Part shown: positions 18,427 through 28,491 of the stretch, one piece after another
Layout of the letters: the number at the start of each line of letters is the position of its first letter
Numbering within the stretch: position 1 is the first letter of the stretch
Virus record (IMG/VR): IMGVR_UViG_3300021961_000053
Coordinates: 1 to 64,000 of that record
Source: a virus
Direction: 5' to 3' (one strand)
DNA: 64,000 nucleotides
Made by a program: the position numbers and the translations under genes
Notes under the pieces: model-generated
Database searches by the model: none
What the model saw: the letters and a program-made list of their open reading frames with translations, nothing else
Told to the model about the DNA's origin: nothing

Positions 18427-19773
18427 ATGGCAGTATACTACAACAGAGAGAAAGCAAGGCATGGTGGATTGACAGGAACTATTATATCAGTTCCTGTTCA
18501 GATTGCTTCAAATGATCCATCCTCGTCGATACAAAAAGCACAATTTCCTGCTGGATATTTGAGATGTGATGGAAGCATCTATACAGCAGATGATTATCCT
18601 TTGCTTGCCGCAGTTCTTGGAGTTGGGGATAATTGCAAATTCAAAAAAGATGATCAACCATTAAATGCGACTCAGTTTCAGTTGCCAGATCTTAGAAGTA
18701 AGCACATAAGAGCAACGACTTCATCTAACATTGGATTTTACAATGATCTGGTAGTTCAAACTCAAGACGGTGACGATGTTGTAAAATCTGGTGTTGGTTT
18801 AGAGGTGCTTCAGAACATTGAGAGTCCATATGAATTAACTTATAATGGATCTTTTTATATTCCACCGCAGTCTCAACCATTGAAGGGAGAACCAGCTTTT
18901 AGTATTGATAGTGGAACTTATACATTTGAAAGAGAAGTTCCAGAAACTGGTTTCCAACCTCACATGCACAGAACAACAACATCTCGTGCTAGACAGGTTG
19001 ACAAAAATGGAAATTATTTTTCTAATAGTCAATTAAATTCTATAAAAACTAAGTTATCTCTTACCACCTGTGAATGGTGGAAAAATACAAGACAAGATCT
19101 TTGTTACTGGCAACTGACAACAGCTGCTGCCGTTGATGCTCCTGGAAAAACCGAAAACTCAACTTCATATTATGAACAATATGGTTTGTGTTGGAATGCT
19201 TGTAGTGGATTTACTACAGCTGGATATTGCTTGTGGCCTAGTACCACTGCTTGTCCTGGTTTGAATAATTCAAAAAACATGTGTATTGTTTTGGATGTTG
19301 ATGATGATTGCAACACTCTCAAAAACAACATTTGTGAAGGGACAACATTTGGCAACATTACGTATGATCCAACATTTACACAATCTTGCGTTTGTACTCT
19401 TGAGATTCTTGGTGAATGTCCTGGTGCATTAAATGGTGGAGATCTAGCTCTCCCACAAAATACATCTCAGTTGGTTAACTATGATGATCCAAACATGCCA
19501 GTCAGTAGTTTAGATGAATCCTATTCTACTGGATATGCTGCTGTAAGTAATTACACAATGCTTACTGGATTCAAGGGGGATGATGCTATTCATAAACATA
19601 CGTTGAATTTCAGTGCAGACGAACCTCATACTTATGTTATGAAGACTAGAGCTGGCACCGCATCTGCTTCAGCTGGACTGGTTTCTAAGATAACAATACA
19701 AAAAAACAACGAACCAAAGGCGGATAAATACATTCAACCATACATTGTCACCGAATATTTAATTAAGATATAA
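18427..19773 (+). CDS. Tail-collar-domain protein with Cys-rich insert
   Basis: PAGYLRCDGS..DYPLLA..LG...FQLPDLR; PHMH; QPY....YLIKI end. Confidence 0.8.
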   Translation: MAVYYNREKARHGGLTGTIISVPVQIASNDPSSSIQKAQFPAGYLRCDGSIYTADDYPLLAAVLGVGDNCKFKKDDQPLNATQFQLPDLRSKHIRATTSSNIGFYNDLVVQTQDGDDVVKSGVGLEVLQNIESPYELTYNGSFYIPPQSQPLKGEPAFSIDSGTYTFEREVPETGFQPHMHRTTTSRARQVDKNGNYFSNSQLNSIKTKLSLTTCEWWKNTRQDLCYWQLTTAAAVDAPGKTENSTSYYEQYGLCWNACSGFTTAGYCLWPSTTACPGLNNSKNMCIVLDVDDDCNTLKNNICEGTTFGNITYDPTFTQSCVCTLEILGECPGALNGGDLALPQNTSQLVNYDDPNMPVSSLDESYSTGYAAVSNYTMLTGFKGDDAIHKHTLNFSADEPHTYVMKTRAGTASASAGLVSKITIQKNNEPKADKYIQPYIVTEYLIKI

Positions 19774-22700
19774 ATGGCAAGTTATAGACCTACGTTTGAG
19801 AACTTTTATTCGGATAAAGGTGGTTTCTATTCAACAATAGGAGCTATTATGCCCGTATTGGTGAATAGTTATACTGACAGTGCTAATACTGACACTGGTG
19901 GCAATCCAGAGCATTATGCTCATAGGGGATTCTTATATTGTGATGGATCGGAATATTTTATTAGAGATTATCCTCTATTGTACAGAGTCGTTGGCAATAA
20001 CTATGTTAAGTCAGCAGACAAAGTAAATAATAATTCTCATTTTTTTCAAAGTGCTGGTGAAGATGGCACTATATACAGAACTTTTGTTGATAGTGGAAAC
20101 TTGTATGCTGAGATATACAAGTATGATCATACATTTGATGACTCTACCGTTGTTAAATACAGATCAACTCCAAATGGCGCAACCTTAAGGTTTGTTGGCA
20201 GTTTGGGATCTTTTCCAGACGGTGGTATATTTTCAGCTGATGTTGATTATCTTCTAGAATACAGTGATACTTATCAAAACCTAGCACAAGACAGTAATAC
20301 AACAGTTCATAGATTTATAGTAGATGGTGCTACTATATCTACACCTGTTGTCTGGTCAGTAAATATGCCAGACCTTGTTCTAAATTTTGAGGGAGATCTT
20401 GTTCTTCCTATTCAACACTTTGGAACTGTTCCACCATTTGAACAAGATCCAGCAACTGGACAATATTCAACTTCTTCAACTGGATATGACAGTTATGTGT
20501 TGGATGGAGCATTAAATACAAGCCCAGCAGTTTCTTGGGGATCTCCATCTGGACTTCCTGATGGAGTTGTTGTGGATGAATATGAAATTTACTTAGAGAA
20601 CCTTTCTTTAGAAAATTTTGTTTGTTGGCATCTTTCCAATATTCCAGCAACAACAACATTTTTGACTCCAAATGCCGAACCACCAAATGGTTCTACAGTT
20701 CAAACAAATAATGCCAATTCAGTCCTGCAGAATGCTGATGGCACAAAACCTTGGATAAGAAGTAATGGTTATTCTGGACCACAACCAGAAAAAGGTGATA
20801 CAAACATTTATAAGATGAATATAATTGCATATCTATCTAATGGACAGACGTTAGTTGTATCAAAAGAATTTATTGCTGGGAATGGACCTATTATTCCAGT
20901 CTATCCAGGTGGATCTGCATATACAGATAATCTTATTATTGGTGGATCTCAAAGTTCTATAAATGGTAGTGCTTTTAATATTTTATGGTCAACTCTTGCT
21001 ACTCATCCGTCTGTAAGAATAAGGAAGGCATTCAGTTTAGCTGATTCTCCTTATCAATTAGGAAAATTTAGAGTTCCCGATTATCGTGATAGAAAATTAA
21101 TCGGATATGGAGAAGGAGTTGATGGAACAGGAACTCCATTGGTTGAAGATAGAGTTAGTATTAAAGTTGGCGATATTGGTGGAAAGTGGTTTATTCCAAC
21201 TAGTGCAATCAAAGATCCACTTGAATTCTTTTCTATTAGTGATGTATCTACAACTGGTTATAAAGATGTCCAAACACAAATTCAAGCATATCTTACTGGA
21301 TCAAAGAAATATGTGGTTGGACCAATTGATGATTATATTTTTTCAAAACCACCAAGTCATCAGCACCAACTTTTAACTTCAAGAGTAAATGAAAGTAATG
21401 AGGTTAGTCTTGCAGGTGTAGATACATTTGCTGTTCAATATCTAGAAAGTAAGGGAACCATATTGGATTTTACTCCTGGTGGAGAATTTACTGATGATTC
21501 GCCTTTCGGACATTCGCATGGATTGCTGGGAAGTAAGCCAATCAACAAAGTTATGGCTACCTATGGCAACATAGATGGTATTGGTGAAAAATACGACGAG
21601 GGTGGTGGATGTTTCAGTTATGGAGTTACAGAATCTCCACCACTATTAACTACTGGTGTTAGTAGCGATGGTACATATATTACAGTTGTTACTTCCAATT
21701 CGCATGGATTATCGGCAAATGATTGGGTTACTATCACTAATGCTGGCAGTTTAAATGGAAGTTATAAAATCATAGCAACTGGAATAACATCTACCAGTTT
21801 CAATCTTCAACCAAGTCCTGCACCAGCAGTAACAACCGAAAATTCTGCTGTTGTAAAGCAAGCTAGTGGAATTTTCGAAGAAGTGACAAGCACACCAGAT
21901 CCAGATTGCTGGGTTGTCAATAACAACACTGTTATTGGTGGGAAAGAAACAATTGCAATTCCCGCAGGCAATTATAAACTTGCTTATGATAGCGCACTTA
22001 CATCATCGGGCAGTCTTCTTAAGACTGCTGCTGATGGTGGAGCAAATGTATTGAGATATAGAATTGACATGTTCGCCCCTGGTGGCGGCGGTGGTGGAAC
22101 ATCTGGTAATGGCGGAAATGCTGGAACTGCGTCAGTAACTTTTACCGTCAGTGGAGTGCAATATACAGTTACTGCTAGTGGTGGAACTGGAGGAACAGCA
22201 GGGACATCTGGAGGAACTGGTGGAAGTGGAGGTACTGTTACTATTCCAACAGCTTTAGTTAGCGAACCTAAAGTTGATATATCTTCTACTACTGAGAATG
22301 TAAATGGTACTACTGGAGGACAGGCAAATGGTGCTACTCCTAATGGTGGATTGCTAAATGGTGGTCCAGATGCAGTAGCTGGAAATGGTGGAAAGGGTGG
22401 ATATACTACAACATTGATAACTGGTAGTTTCAGTCAAACTTTTACTGCAGCTGGAGATTATGATGCGACAACAGATTCTAATTTACCAACAATTAGCGGA
22501 ACTACTGCAACTGTTGATAGCGTATCAATTGACATTTCTGGTGGAGCAGGTGGAAATGGAAATAGCGATGGACAGGCTGGATGTAGTACAACTGGTGGTA
22601 ATGGATCTGCAGGACGAAGAGTTACCGCAACTACGACTTCTATCAAGTCCTTTAGTTTCGAAATTGGTACAAAGGGTGGAGATGGATTTAACAATGTTGG

Positions 22701-24291
22701 CGGCAATAGTTACGAAGCAACCAACACTGCCGTAGGAACTGGTTCTGCAAATGGTGGAAATGGAGGACAAGGTGCATGGGCTAATGCTGGAACTGGTGGT
22801 GCTGGTGGCGGTGCCACTGGTGTTTCTGGCAGTGTTGGATATATTCTCGGTGCTGGCGGCGGTGGCGGTGGCGGTGGATCTGGTGGTAATGCATCTCAGG
22901 GAGATGGGTGTTCTTACGGAAACAATGGTAAAGGTCCAGAGGGTGGTATAGTAGGAACTACTTCTATTGGTCCTTACACTGGTGGTGCTGGTGGAACAAC
23001 TGGATGCACAGGCGGCGGCGGAGGCGGCGGCGGTGGGGGATTCTACATCTCTGGTTCTGGCGGTGGTGCTGGTACTGCTGATGGCGGTGCTGCAGGTGTT
23101 GCTCACCCACAGTATGGAACTACTGGTGGCGGCGGTGGTGGTTATGCTGGATATTCTGCATACAATTCAAATTATTTTTCTTCTGCCACTGAAAGTGATG
23201 GATCTACTGGTAATGGATATGCCAAATTTACAGTAAATTATTCTGGCACACAAACCAATCCATCTGGTGGAGGCGGTGGCGGTGGTGCCGCAGCAACTAT
23301 TATTATTAGTGGAACTCTTGATGATCTGGGTCAATTTGCAACAGCAATTAGCGCAACCTTGGGTGGTCCTGGTAGTGCTGGTTCTGGAAATGGACTTGGG
23401 GGAAGTAATGGATACATCAGAGTTAGAGCATTTTATATCGAACAGGGAGATGCTCAAGTAGTTGATATTTCAACTCCTGGTGGTAGAGTGTGGGAAACTG
23501 CTGGATTCCCAACTAATAAACCATCTGGATCTGGAGCTGCTGTTGGCGGAGCCATATGGCATTCATCCAGTACAGGAGTAAATGTTAAGCAATCATCTAC
23601 AGGAACATTTCCTGTTGCTACTACATTAACTGGTGGTGTTTCTGATAGATACATTGAATTTGCTGGTTCTGGTAGTCGTTTTCTCCAAATTGGACCATTG
23701 AATCTGAGTGCTGCAGAACAAATAGTTTTTACAGTGATTAAAGGAAATGGAAGCAACGGTGGCGATTCACCAGAAGAGCCATTGGATTTGTATTATAAAA
23801 CTTCTGTAGATTCCCCAACAGAAACTCTATTACAGTCCATTGCAACTGCTACTGTAACTGCCAGTGGATATGCTGACTACACAATTGATGTTGATGATTC
23901 GTCTCCAATAAAATTTAATGGTGTATATCTAGTCATAAGACAAACTAGAGGATCAACTTCTGGTGATAATTCTGCTGTTAATGAATCGCAATTGGATAAT
24001 TGGGGACTGGGTATGTTCTCTGTTATTTACGGGGAGGTTACACAAACCGTATTTACTCCATCACTAAACGCAACAATCCCTGGAAATGAAGGAACATGTG
24101 GTCCTGACAGCGGAATTGATGTTATTCGTAGAACTGTTCCAGCAAATAAAACTAACATTACATTTACTGATGGAACTTTCCAGTTATCGACATCCACTCC
24201 AATTTCTATAACGTCATCTGCATATGTTGTAGATACTATTCCACTGATCACCAAATATCATAGATCAAAATATTTGATTAAAGCATTCTAA
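19774..24291 (+). CDS. Tail fibre protein (1505 aa): split collar domain, PEBP-like insert, Gly-rich shaft, C-terminal jelly-roll-like domain
   Basis: GFLYCDGS...DYPLLY.VVGN and F.VPDYR collar halves; poly-Gly segments; YLIKAF end. Confidence 0.8.
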   Translation: MASYRPTFENFYSDKGGFYSTIGAIMPVLVNSYTDSANTDTGGNPEHYAHRGFLYCDGSEYFIRDYPLLYRVVGNNYVKSADKVNNNSHFFQSAGEDGTIYRTFVDSGNLYAEIYKYDHTFDDSTVVKYRSTPNGATLRFVGSLGSFPDGGIFSADVDYLLEYSDTYQNLAQDSNTTVHRFIVDGATISTPVVWSVNMPDLVLNFEGDLVLPIQHFGTVPPFEQDPATGQYSTSSTGYDSYVLDGALNTSPAVSWGSPSGLPDGVVVDEYEIYLENLSLENFVCWHLSNIPATTTFLTPNAEPPNGSTVQTNNANSVLQNADGTKPWIRSNGYSGPQPEKGDTNIYKMNIIAYLSNGQTLVVSKEFIAGNGPIIPVYPGGSAYTDNLIIGGSQSSINGSAFNILWSTLATHPSVRIRKAFSLADSPYQLGKFRVPDYRDRKLIGYGEGVDGTGTPLVEDRVSIKVGDIGGKWFIPTSAIKDPLEFFSISDVSTTGYKDVQTQIQAYLTGSKKYVVGPIDDYIFSKPPSHQHQLLTSRVNESNEVSLAGVDTFAVQYLESKGTILDFTPGGEFTDDSPFGHSHGLLGSKPINKVMATYGNIDGIGEKYDEGGGCFSYGVTESPPLLTTGVSSDGTYITVVTSNSHGLSANDWVTITNAGSLNGSYKIIATGITSTSFNLQPSPAPAVTTENSAVVKQASGIFEEVTSTPDPDCWVVNNNTVIGGKETIAIPAGNYKLAYDSALTSSGSLLKTAADGGANVLRYRIDMFAPGGGGGGTSGNGGNAGTASVTFTVSGVQYTVTASGGTGGTAGTSGGTGGSGGTVTIPTALVSEPKVDISSTTENVNGTTGGQANGATPNGGLLNGGPDAVAGNGGKGGYTTTLITGSFSQTFTAAGDYDATTDSNLPTISGTTATVDSVSIDISGGAGGNGNSDGQAGCSTTGGNGSAGRRVTATTTSIKSFSFEIGTKGGDGFNNVGGNSYEATNTAVGTGSANGGNGGQGAWANAGTGGAGGGATGVSGSVGYILGAGGGGGGGGSGGNASQGDGCSYGNNGKGPEGGIVGTTSIGPYTGGAGGTTGCTGGGGGGGGGGFYISGSGGGAGTADGGAAGVAHPQYGTTGGGGGGYAGYSAYNSNYFSSATESDGSTGNGYAKFTVNYSGTQTNPSGGGGGGGAAATIIISGTLDDLGQFATAISATLGGPGSAGSGNGLGGSNGYIRVRAFYIEQGDAQVVDISTPGGRVWETAGFPTNKPSGSGAAVGGAIWHSSSTGVNVKQSSTGTFPVATTLTGGVSDRYIEFAGSGSRFLQIGPLNLSAAEQIVFTVIKGNGSNGGDSPEEPLDLYYKTSVDSPTETLLQSIATATVTASGYADYTIDVDDSSPIKFNGVYLVIRQTRGSTSGDNSAVNESQLDNWGLGMFSVIYGEVTQTVFTPSLNATIPGNEGTCGPDSGIDVIRRTVPANKTNITFTDGTFQLSTSTPISITSSAYVVDTIPLITKYHRSKYLIKAF

Positions 24292-24320
24292 AATAAATAA
24301 GTCATACCATAAAGAGCGTC

Positions 24321-25253
24321 ATGGCAACCAGAGTATCCAGTAACGTCGAATTTTATATGAACACCATTGAACGTGTCATGCAATATAAAGGCGTTCAAAA
24401 ACAAATTAACGATGATTATTGGGAGTCTTCTATTGCCCCACTTCTCTACCCATTTTGGGATAATCCCAAAGACAGACTAGAGTTGTTTGTATACAACAAA
24501 GATGATTCTTTCGTTGTCACCAGAAGTAAATACAAGAGAGATTGGAAAACAAATACTTCAACTTGGGTTTCTTATTCGTTTGACCCAACAGCAGCAGAAC
24601 CATCCTCTGTTTCAAATTTTAAGAATCAATTAGTTGAAAAATTTATTGAGTTTAAAGATCTTTCAGACAAGACATACGAAGACTTTATCACTCAAGAGTA
24701 TTCCAGAACAAATAGTTTGACATGGAAGAAGATTCAGTTGGTCAGGAAGTTTCTACTCCAAGATTCTGATTTCATTTTCAATCAAGATTATGAAATCAGT
24801 GATGAGAAAAAAGCGTTGTGGAAACAATATAGAACTTATATTAGAGACATTCCAGAAATTCAAAAGGGAACAGAAACTCCATTTGACGTTGTGTTTCCTA
24901 TCACTCCCGATGAATATTTGAAGAGAAAGGAATTGTATATCGAACCACTAGTTGCTGAGATGGTTGGAGATCAGGGAATCAATGATGATTATTTGACCAG
25001 TTCTTATCATTTCTGGAAACTGAGTGCCCCAAATCTTGCCATGTTTGCACAAAGGTTTAGTTTCTACATTGCTGCTAGGGCAATAACTTCTGATCTTGAA
25101 CCAAACTATCGCATCATGGTAAGTAATTTCATCACTAAATTTACTGCAAACCCAGAAGTTCAGGCTTCAAGAATTAATTCTGAAAATTCTGGTCTTGCAA
25201 CTGATAGTTTTATTGATGATCTGTTAAATAAAATTGAACTTGGAGAGTTGTAA
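24321..25253 (+). CDS. Putative tail fibre assembly chaperone
   Basis: R..LL.DSD......W..YR..IRD.P....V.FP motif; follows fibre genes and late-promoter-like AATAAATA (24292-24299). Confidence 0.65.
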   Translation: MATRVSSNVEFYMNTIERVMQYKGVQKQINDDYWESSIAPLLYPFWDNPKDRLELFVYNKDDSFVVTRSKYKRDWKTNTSTWVSYSFDPTAAEPSSVSNFKNQLVEKFIEFKDLSDKTYEDFITQEYSRTNSLTWKKIQLVRKFLLQDSDFIFNQDYEISDEKKALWKQYRTYIRDIPEIQKGTETPFDVVFPITPDEYLKRKELYIEPLVAEMVGDQGINDDYLTSSYHFWKLSAPNLAMFAQRFSFYIAARAITSDLEPNYRIMVSNFITKFTANPEVQASRINSENSGLATDSFIDDLLNKIELGEL

Positions 25254-25627
25254 TGCTAATCTCAATGGAACCAAAGCGACTGTATGATATAGTTGCTTCA
25301 CATGCAAAATCAACTGGTAAATATGTTCTAGTTGTTAATTATGAAAATATATTCTTTCATACTGAAGAACAGAAAGCATCCCTGAAGGAATTCTATTCGG
25401 ATGCAATTCCTGAAGAAGAAATAGATGAGATTTTTGGATCTCAATATAATTTCTATGAGTTCAATGCACAATCATCTGCTGTTGAAACAGCTACGGATTG
25501 GTTTCCAAGAACCATCGATCTGGATGACATGACATATTTTGTTGAGTGTTATGTCATAACCCCATCTGGTGGAATTCCTCACACAAATAAAGTAACAGCA
25601 AGACCATTGACAGAATCGGAAGAGTGA
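25253..25627 (+). CDS. Hypothetical protein (124 aa)
   Basis: TAATG coupling with upstream gene. Confidence 0.75.
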   Translation: MLISMEPKRLYDIVASHAKSTGKYVLVVNYENIFFHTEEQKASLKEFYSDAIPEEEIDEIFGSQYNFYEFNAQSSAVETATDWFPRTIDLDDMTYFVECYVITPSGGIPHTNKVTARPLTESEE

Positions 25628-25659
25628 TCTATACTTGATTCTCTGTTTCCAAATAGCGA

Positions 25660-25887
25660 ATGAAAGTTCCCACTCAACCTGAGTTGATTCATCTTCAGTT
25701 GCAGGCTATGCTGCGAGATCATAATATTCCAGAGACTGAAGTAAAGTATCTTGGTGATCGTGAATATACTATTGAGTATCAAGCACATCCAGAGTATCAT
25801 GGTAAAATCATGCCGTGGTATTTGATTGCAAATGAACATGAAGTGCCCGTGTGCGACATCGCATCAATTGATGCAGTGGACAATTGA
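25660..25887 (+). CDS. Hypothetical protein (75 aa)
   Basis: ORF; stop lies inside downstream promoter palindrome. Confidence 0.7.
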   Translation: MKVPTQPELIHLQLQAMLRDHNIPETEVKYLGDREYTIEYQAHPEYHGKIMPWYLIANEHEVPVCDIASIDAVDN

Positions 25888-25934
25888 AGAACTGTCACAG
25901 GGGGTCTTCGACCCCCTTTCTCATGCCCTATACT
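25878..25934 (+). promoter_or_regulatory. Palindrome + -10 early-type promoter module with internal terminator hairpin
   Basis: GGACA-N10-TGTCA, GGGGGT-CTTCG-ACCCCC-TTT hairpin, TATACT 31 nt after palindrome. Confidence 0.75.
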
Positions 25935-25956
25935 ATTCTCATCAACGACGCACCGC

Positions 25957-27207
25957 ATGACCCTGACTCTTCGCCCTCACCAGCAGCGTATGCTCGATGC
26001 TCTGCTGACTGCTGCTAAGGGTCGCCTGACCTGCCCTACAGGCGGCGGCAAGACCCTTGTGATGATCCTTGACACCCTGCGTCGCCTGCAGCAGGCAGAC
26101 CGCCCCCAGACCATTGTAGTGGTCTCTCCTCGCATCCTGCTCTCTGTGCAACTCTTTGAAGAGTTCTTTGCTGAGCTGAATGGCAAGGTTGATGTTGCTA
26201 CCCTCCACGTTCATAGTGGTGAGGTTGAAGGCAACAGCACCACCAAGATCGGTGAGATTGCTTGCCATGCTGCTGTGTGTAAGACTGCTGGCATTCACCA
26301 ACTGATCTTCACCACCTACAATTCTCTGCGTCGCATCAACGAGGCAGGTATTGATGTGGATACCATCTATTATGATGAAGCACACAACTCTGTCCGCCGT
26401 GACTTCTTCAAAGAAGTTGCTGCTGCTACTCTGACTGCTAAGCAAGCATACTATCTGACTGCCACTCCTAAGTATCGTGGTGGTGCTATCAGCATGAACA
26501 ACACTGATGTGTATGGTTCTGAACTGATCAATGTCCCTGCTCCCGAGCTGATTGCTAACGGTAGCATCATTCCTCCCACCGTTCAACCTCACGTTGTTGA
26601 TTTTGAGCGCAACAAGTCTCTGCTTGCTGCTGAGAACGACCGTGAAGTGCTGGTAGATATCATCAACAAACTTGATAATGATGCTGCCCAGAAAATCCTG
26701 GTTGCTGCTCCTAACACTCGTGTGCTGTGGGCATTGCTGTCTCAAACCAATGTGATGGCAGAGTTTGCTGCTAAAGGTTATGACGTGCTGCATATTACCA
26801 GCAAGTACGGTGCTTATGTCAATAAGAAGAAAGTTGGTCGTCAAGAGTTCTTTGACACTCTTGATGCATGGGGTAAAGATCCTAGCCGCAAGTTCATCAT
26901 GTTCCACTACAGCATTCTGTCTGAAGGCATCAACGTGCCTGGTCTGACCCATACCATTCTCCTTCGCAATCTTCCTGTGATTGAGATGGCACAGACCATC
27001 GGACGTGTGATCCGTCTTGACCGCCAGGATGCTGCTGATATTGCCTCTGGCAAGATCCCTGCTGGCAAACTTGACTTCTACCGCAAGAAGACTGGTTTCG
27101 TGACTGTACCTGTCTTCACCAACTATGGCAAGCAGACTGAGAAGCGCCTGCAGCGCGTTGTGGATGCCATCTTTGTCAAAGGTGTTGCTGCCACTGAGTT
27201 TGCCTAA
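25957..27207 (+). CDS. Superfamily 2 (DEAH-box, ResIII-like) helicase
   Basis: Walker A CPTGGGKT, DEAH, LTATP, ILSEGINVP, QTIGRVIR motifs. Confidence 0.9.
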   Translation: MTLTLRPHQQRMLDALLTAAKGRLTCPTGGGKTLVMILDTLRRLQQADRPQTIVVVSPRILLSVQLFEEFFAELNGKVDVATLHVHSGEVEGNSTTKIGEIACHAAVCKTAGIHQLIFTTYNSLRRINEAGIDVDTIYYDEAHNSVRRDFFKEVAAATLTAKQAYYLTATPKYRGGAISMNNTDVYGSELINVPAPELIANGSIIPPTVQPHVVDFERNKSLLAAENDREVLVDIINKLDNDAAQKILVAAPNTRVLWALLSQTNVMAEFAAKGYDVLHITSKYGAYVNKKKVGRQEFFDTLDAWGKDPSRKFIMFHYSILSEGINVPGLTHTILLRNLPVIEMAQTIGRVIRLDRQDAADIASGKIPAGKLDFYRKKTGFVTVPVFTNYGKQTEKRLQRVVDAIFVKGVAATEFA

Positions 27208-27221
27208 AGGTTAAGAATGTA

Positions 27222-27248
27222 TGAGGGAATGCGGATTCCCTCACATTT
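27222..27248 (+). terminator. Hairpin/terminator after helicase
   Basis: TGAGGGAAT-gcgg-ATTCCCTCA. Confidence 0.55.
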
Positions 27249-27281
27249 ACATCTAAAATACTACTACTATGCTACACTAAC

Positions 27282-27464
27282 ATGGATCAAGTAAAGCACG
27301 ACAAACGCCGTGATGCTCTCGGTTTATTCTACGAGAGCGTTTTGAAACCAGATCCTGAGCTGCGCCAGTGCGCCCACAATCAAGAATGTTTCCATGAATT
27401 GATGGAGTGGCGCTCTGAAGTGCTAGAATATCTTGACAACCGCCGTAACGAGGAATTTCACTGA
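27282..27464 (+). CDS. Hypothetical protein (60 aa)
   Basis: ORF coupled to next gene. Confidence 0.7.
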   Translation: MDQVKHDKRRDALGLFYESVLKPDPELRQCAHNQECFHELMEWRSEVLEYLDNRRNEEFH

Positions 27465-27754
27465 TGACTATTGAAGGACGCCCTGAATTGAACGTTGATT
27501 GGAAAGAACAGTATGCTAAGCAGCGTCGCAATCGCCTAGCAGACAGCATCAACGAGTATCTTGAGGATGATGAGGTGACTATTGATGAATTCTATAACGA
27601 TCTGAAGGCAGAGATTGAGGAGATTATCACTTATCATAAAAAGCGCAAGGAAAATGCCGAGGGTGCCCTCCAGTTGGTCCTCGGACATCGCAGCGTCACT
27701 TTTGACGAAGATCTAAGCCAGAAGTGGAAAATGGACATTCCTGGACGTTACTGA
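27464..27754 (+). CDS. Hypothetical protein (96 aa)
   Basis: TGATG coupling at both ends. Confidence 0.75.
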   Translation: MTIEGRPELNVDWKEQYAKQRRNRLADSINEYLEDDEVTIDEFYNDLKAEIEEIITYHKKRKENAEGALQLVLGHRSVTFDEDLSQKWKMDIPGRY

Positions 27755-27999
27755 TGAATGAGAAAGCACGTTTGCTGCTAGCACTGCAGCAAATAAATAA
27801 CATCACCAAACTTATCCAAGACAATCAGTACAAAGATTACATGTACCAGAATCTTGTGAAGGTTGAGGTAGAACTACAACGCCAACTCACAAACATTACT
27901 TATCATGAGCGAAGAAGATTTCAAGACAGCGGTGCAAAACATGCTGATGATGCAGAACAACAACGATCACAACTTCCAGATCTTACAGGCACAAATTGA
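27754..27999 (+). CDS. Hypothetical protein (81 aa, start refined to ATG 27754)
   Basis: TGATG coupling. Confidence 0.6.
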   Translation: MNEKARLLLALQQINNITKLIQDNQYKDYMYQNLVKVEVELQRQLTNITYHERRRFQDSGAKHADDAEQQRSQLPDLTGTN

Positions 28000-28105
28000 C
28001 AATCTGCAAAAGCAACTGACTGAACTGAATGATCTGAAAGAAATGTTCCGTCTCCCTAAACCAGAGAATCAAAACCGCGAAGCATTTACCCAGATTGACG
28101 AATGA
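27905..28105 (+). CDS. Coiled-coil hypothetical protein (66 aa)
   Basis: Heptad pattern; ATGA coupling with next gene. Confidence 0.65.
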   Translation: MSEEDFKTAVQNMLMMQNNNDHNFQILQAQIDNLQKQLTELNDLKEMFRLPKPENQNREAFTQIDE

Positions 28106-28371
28106 AATTCCAGTATGGTATGATGGTTGAGTACCGCCACACTCGTGGTTGGGTCAATTTTATTGACGATCAGTACATTACCATCTGTTATGTCGATAGA
28201 CCAGATCGATCTTCGCATACTGGTCGTTATCAAGCAAACCTTGTCGTTTTTCGTAATTATTGGCATGAAGTACGCAGTTGTGTGGATGAAACAAAAGAAG
28301 AACAAGCAGACGAAACAACAAGCTATTTTCTACAATCTAGAGGATGCGATTATGTGGGAGCAGCACATTAA
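28102..28371 (+). CDS. Hypothetical protein (89 aa)
   Basis: ATGA coupling. Confidence 0.6.
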   Translation: MKFQYGMMVEYRHTRGWVNFIDDQYITICYVDRPDRSSHTGRYQANLVVFRNYWHEVRSCVDETKEEQADETTSYFLQSRGCDYVGAAH

Positions 28372-28423
28372 CATGACTGAACACGCAAAGACAGAGTTGC
28401 ACCCAATCTGGGGTGACAGTTGA
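28265..28423 (+). CDS. Small hypothetical protein (52 aa, MKYAVVWMKQKK...)
   Basis: ATG in the 28127-28423 frame; stop inside promoter palindrome. Confidence 0.55.
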   Translation: MKYAVVWMKQKKNKQTKQQAIFYNLEDAIMWEQHINMTEHAKTELHPIWGDS

Positions 28424-28469
28424 AGAACTGGTTGGGGCGCTTGACACCGCCCCTTTTTCATGCCATAAT
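28414..28469 (+). promoter_or_regulatory. Palindrome + sigma70 promoter with internal hairpin
   Basis: TGACA-N10-TGGTT; TTGACA-17-CATAAT; GGGGCG/CGCCCC-TTTTT. Confidence 0.7.
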
Positions 28470-28491
28470 ATCAGTATCAAAACAACACATC

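Noticed and set aside
22081-23410. Collagen-like repeats
   Set aside because: Poly-Gly runs and GGxG turns rather than a sustained Gly-X-Y period
22458-23756. Ser/Thr/Ala-rich minus-strand and alternate-frame ORFs
   Set aside because: By-products of GGT/GGC/GGA glycine runs in the tail fibre gene
25942-26952. 336-aa minus-strand ORF
   Set aside because: Antisense shadow of the strongly codon-biased helicase; no motifs and no promoter
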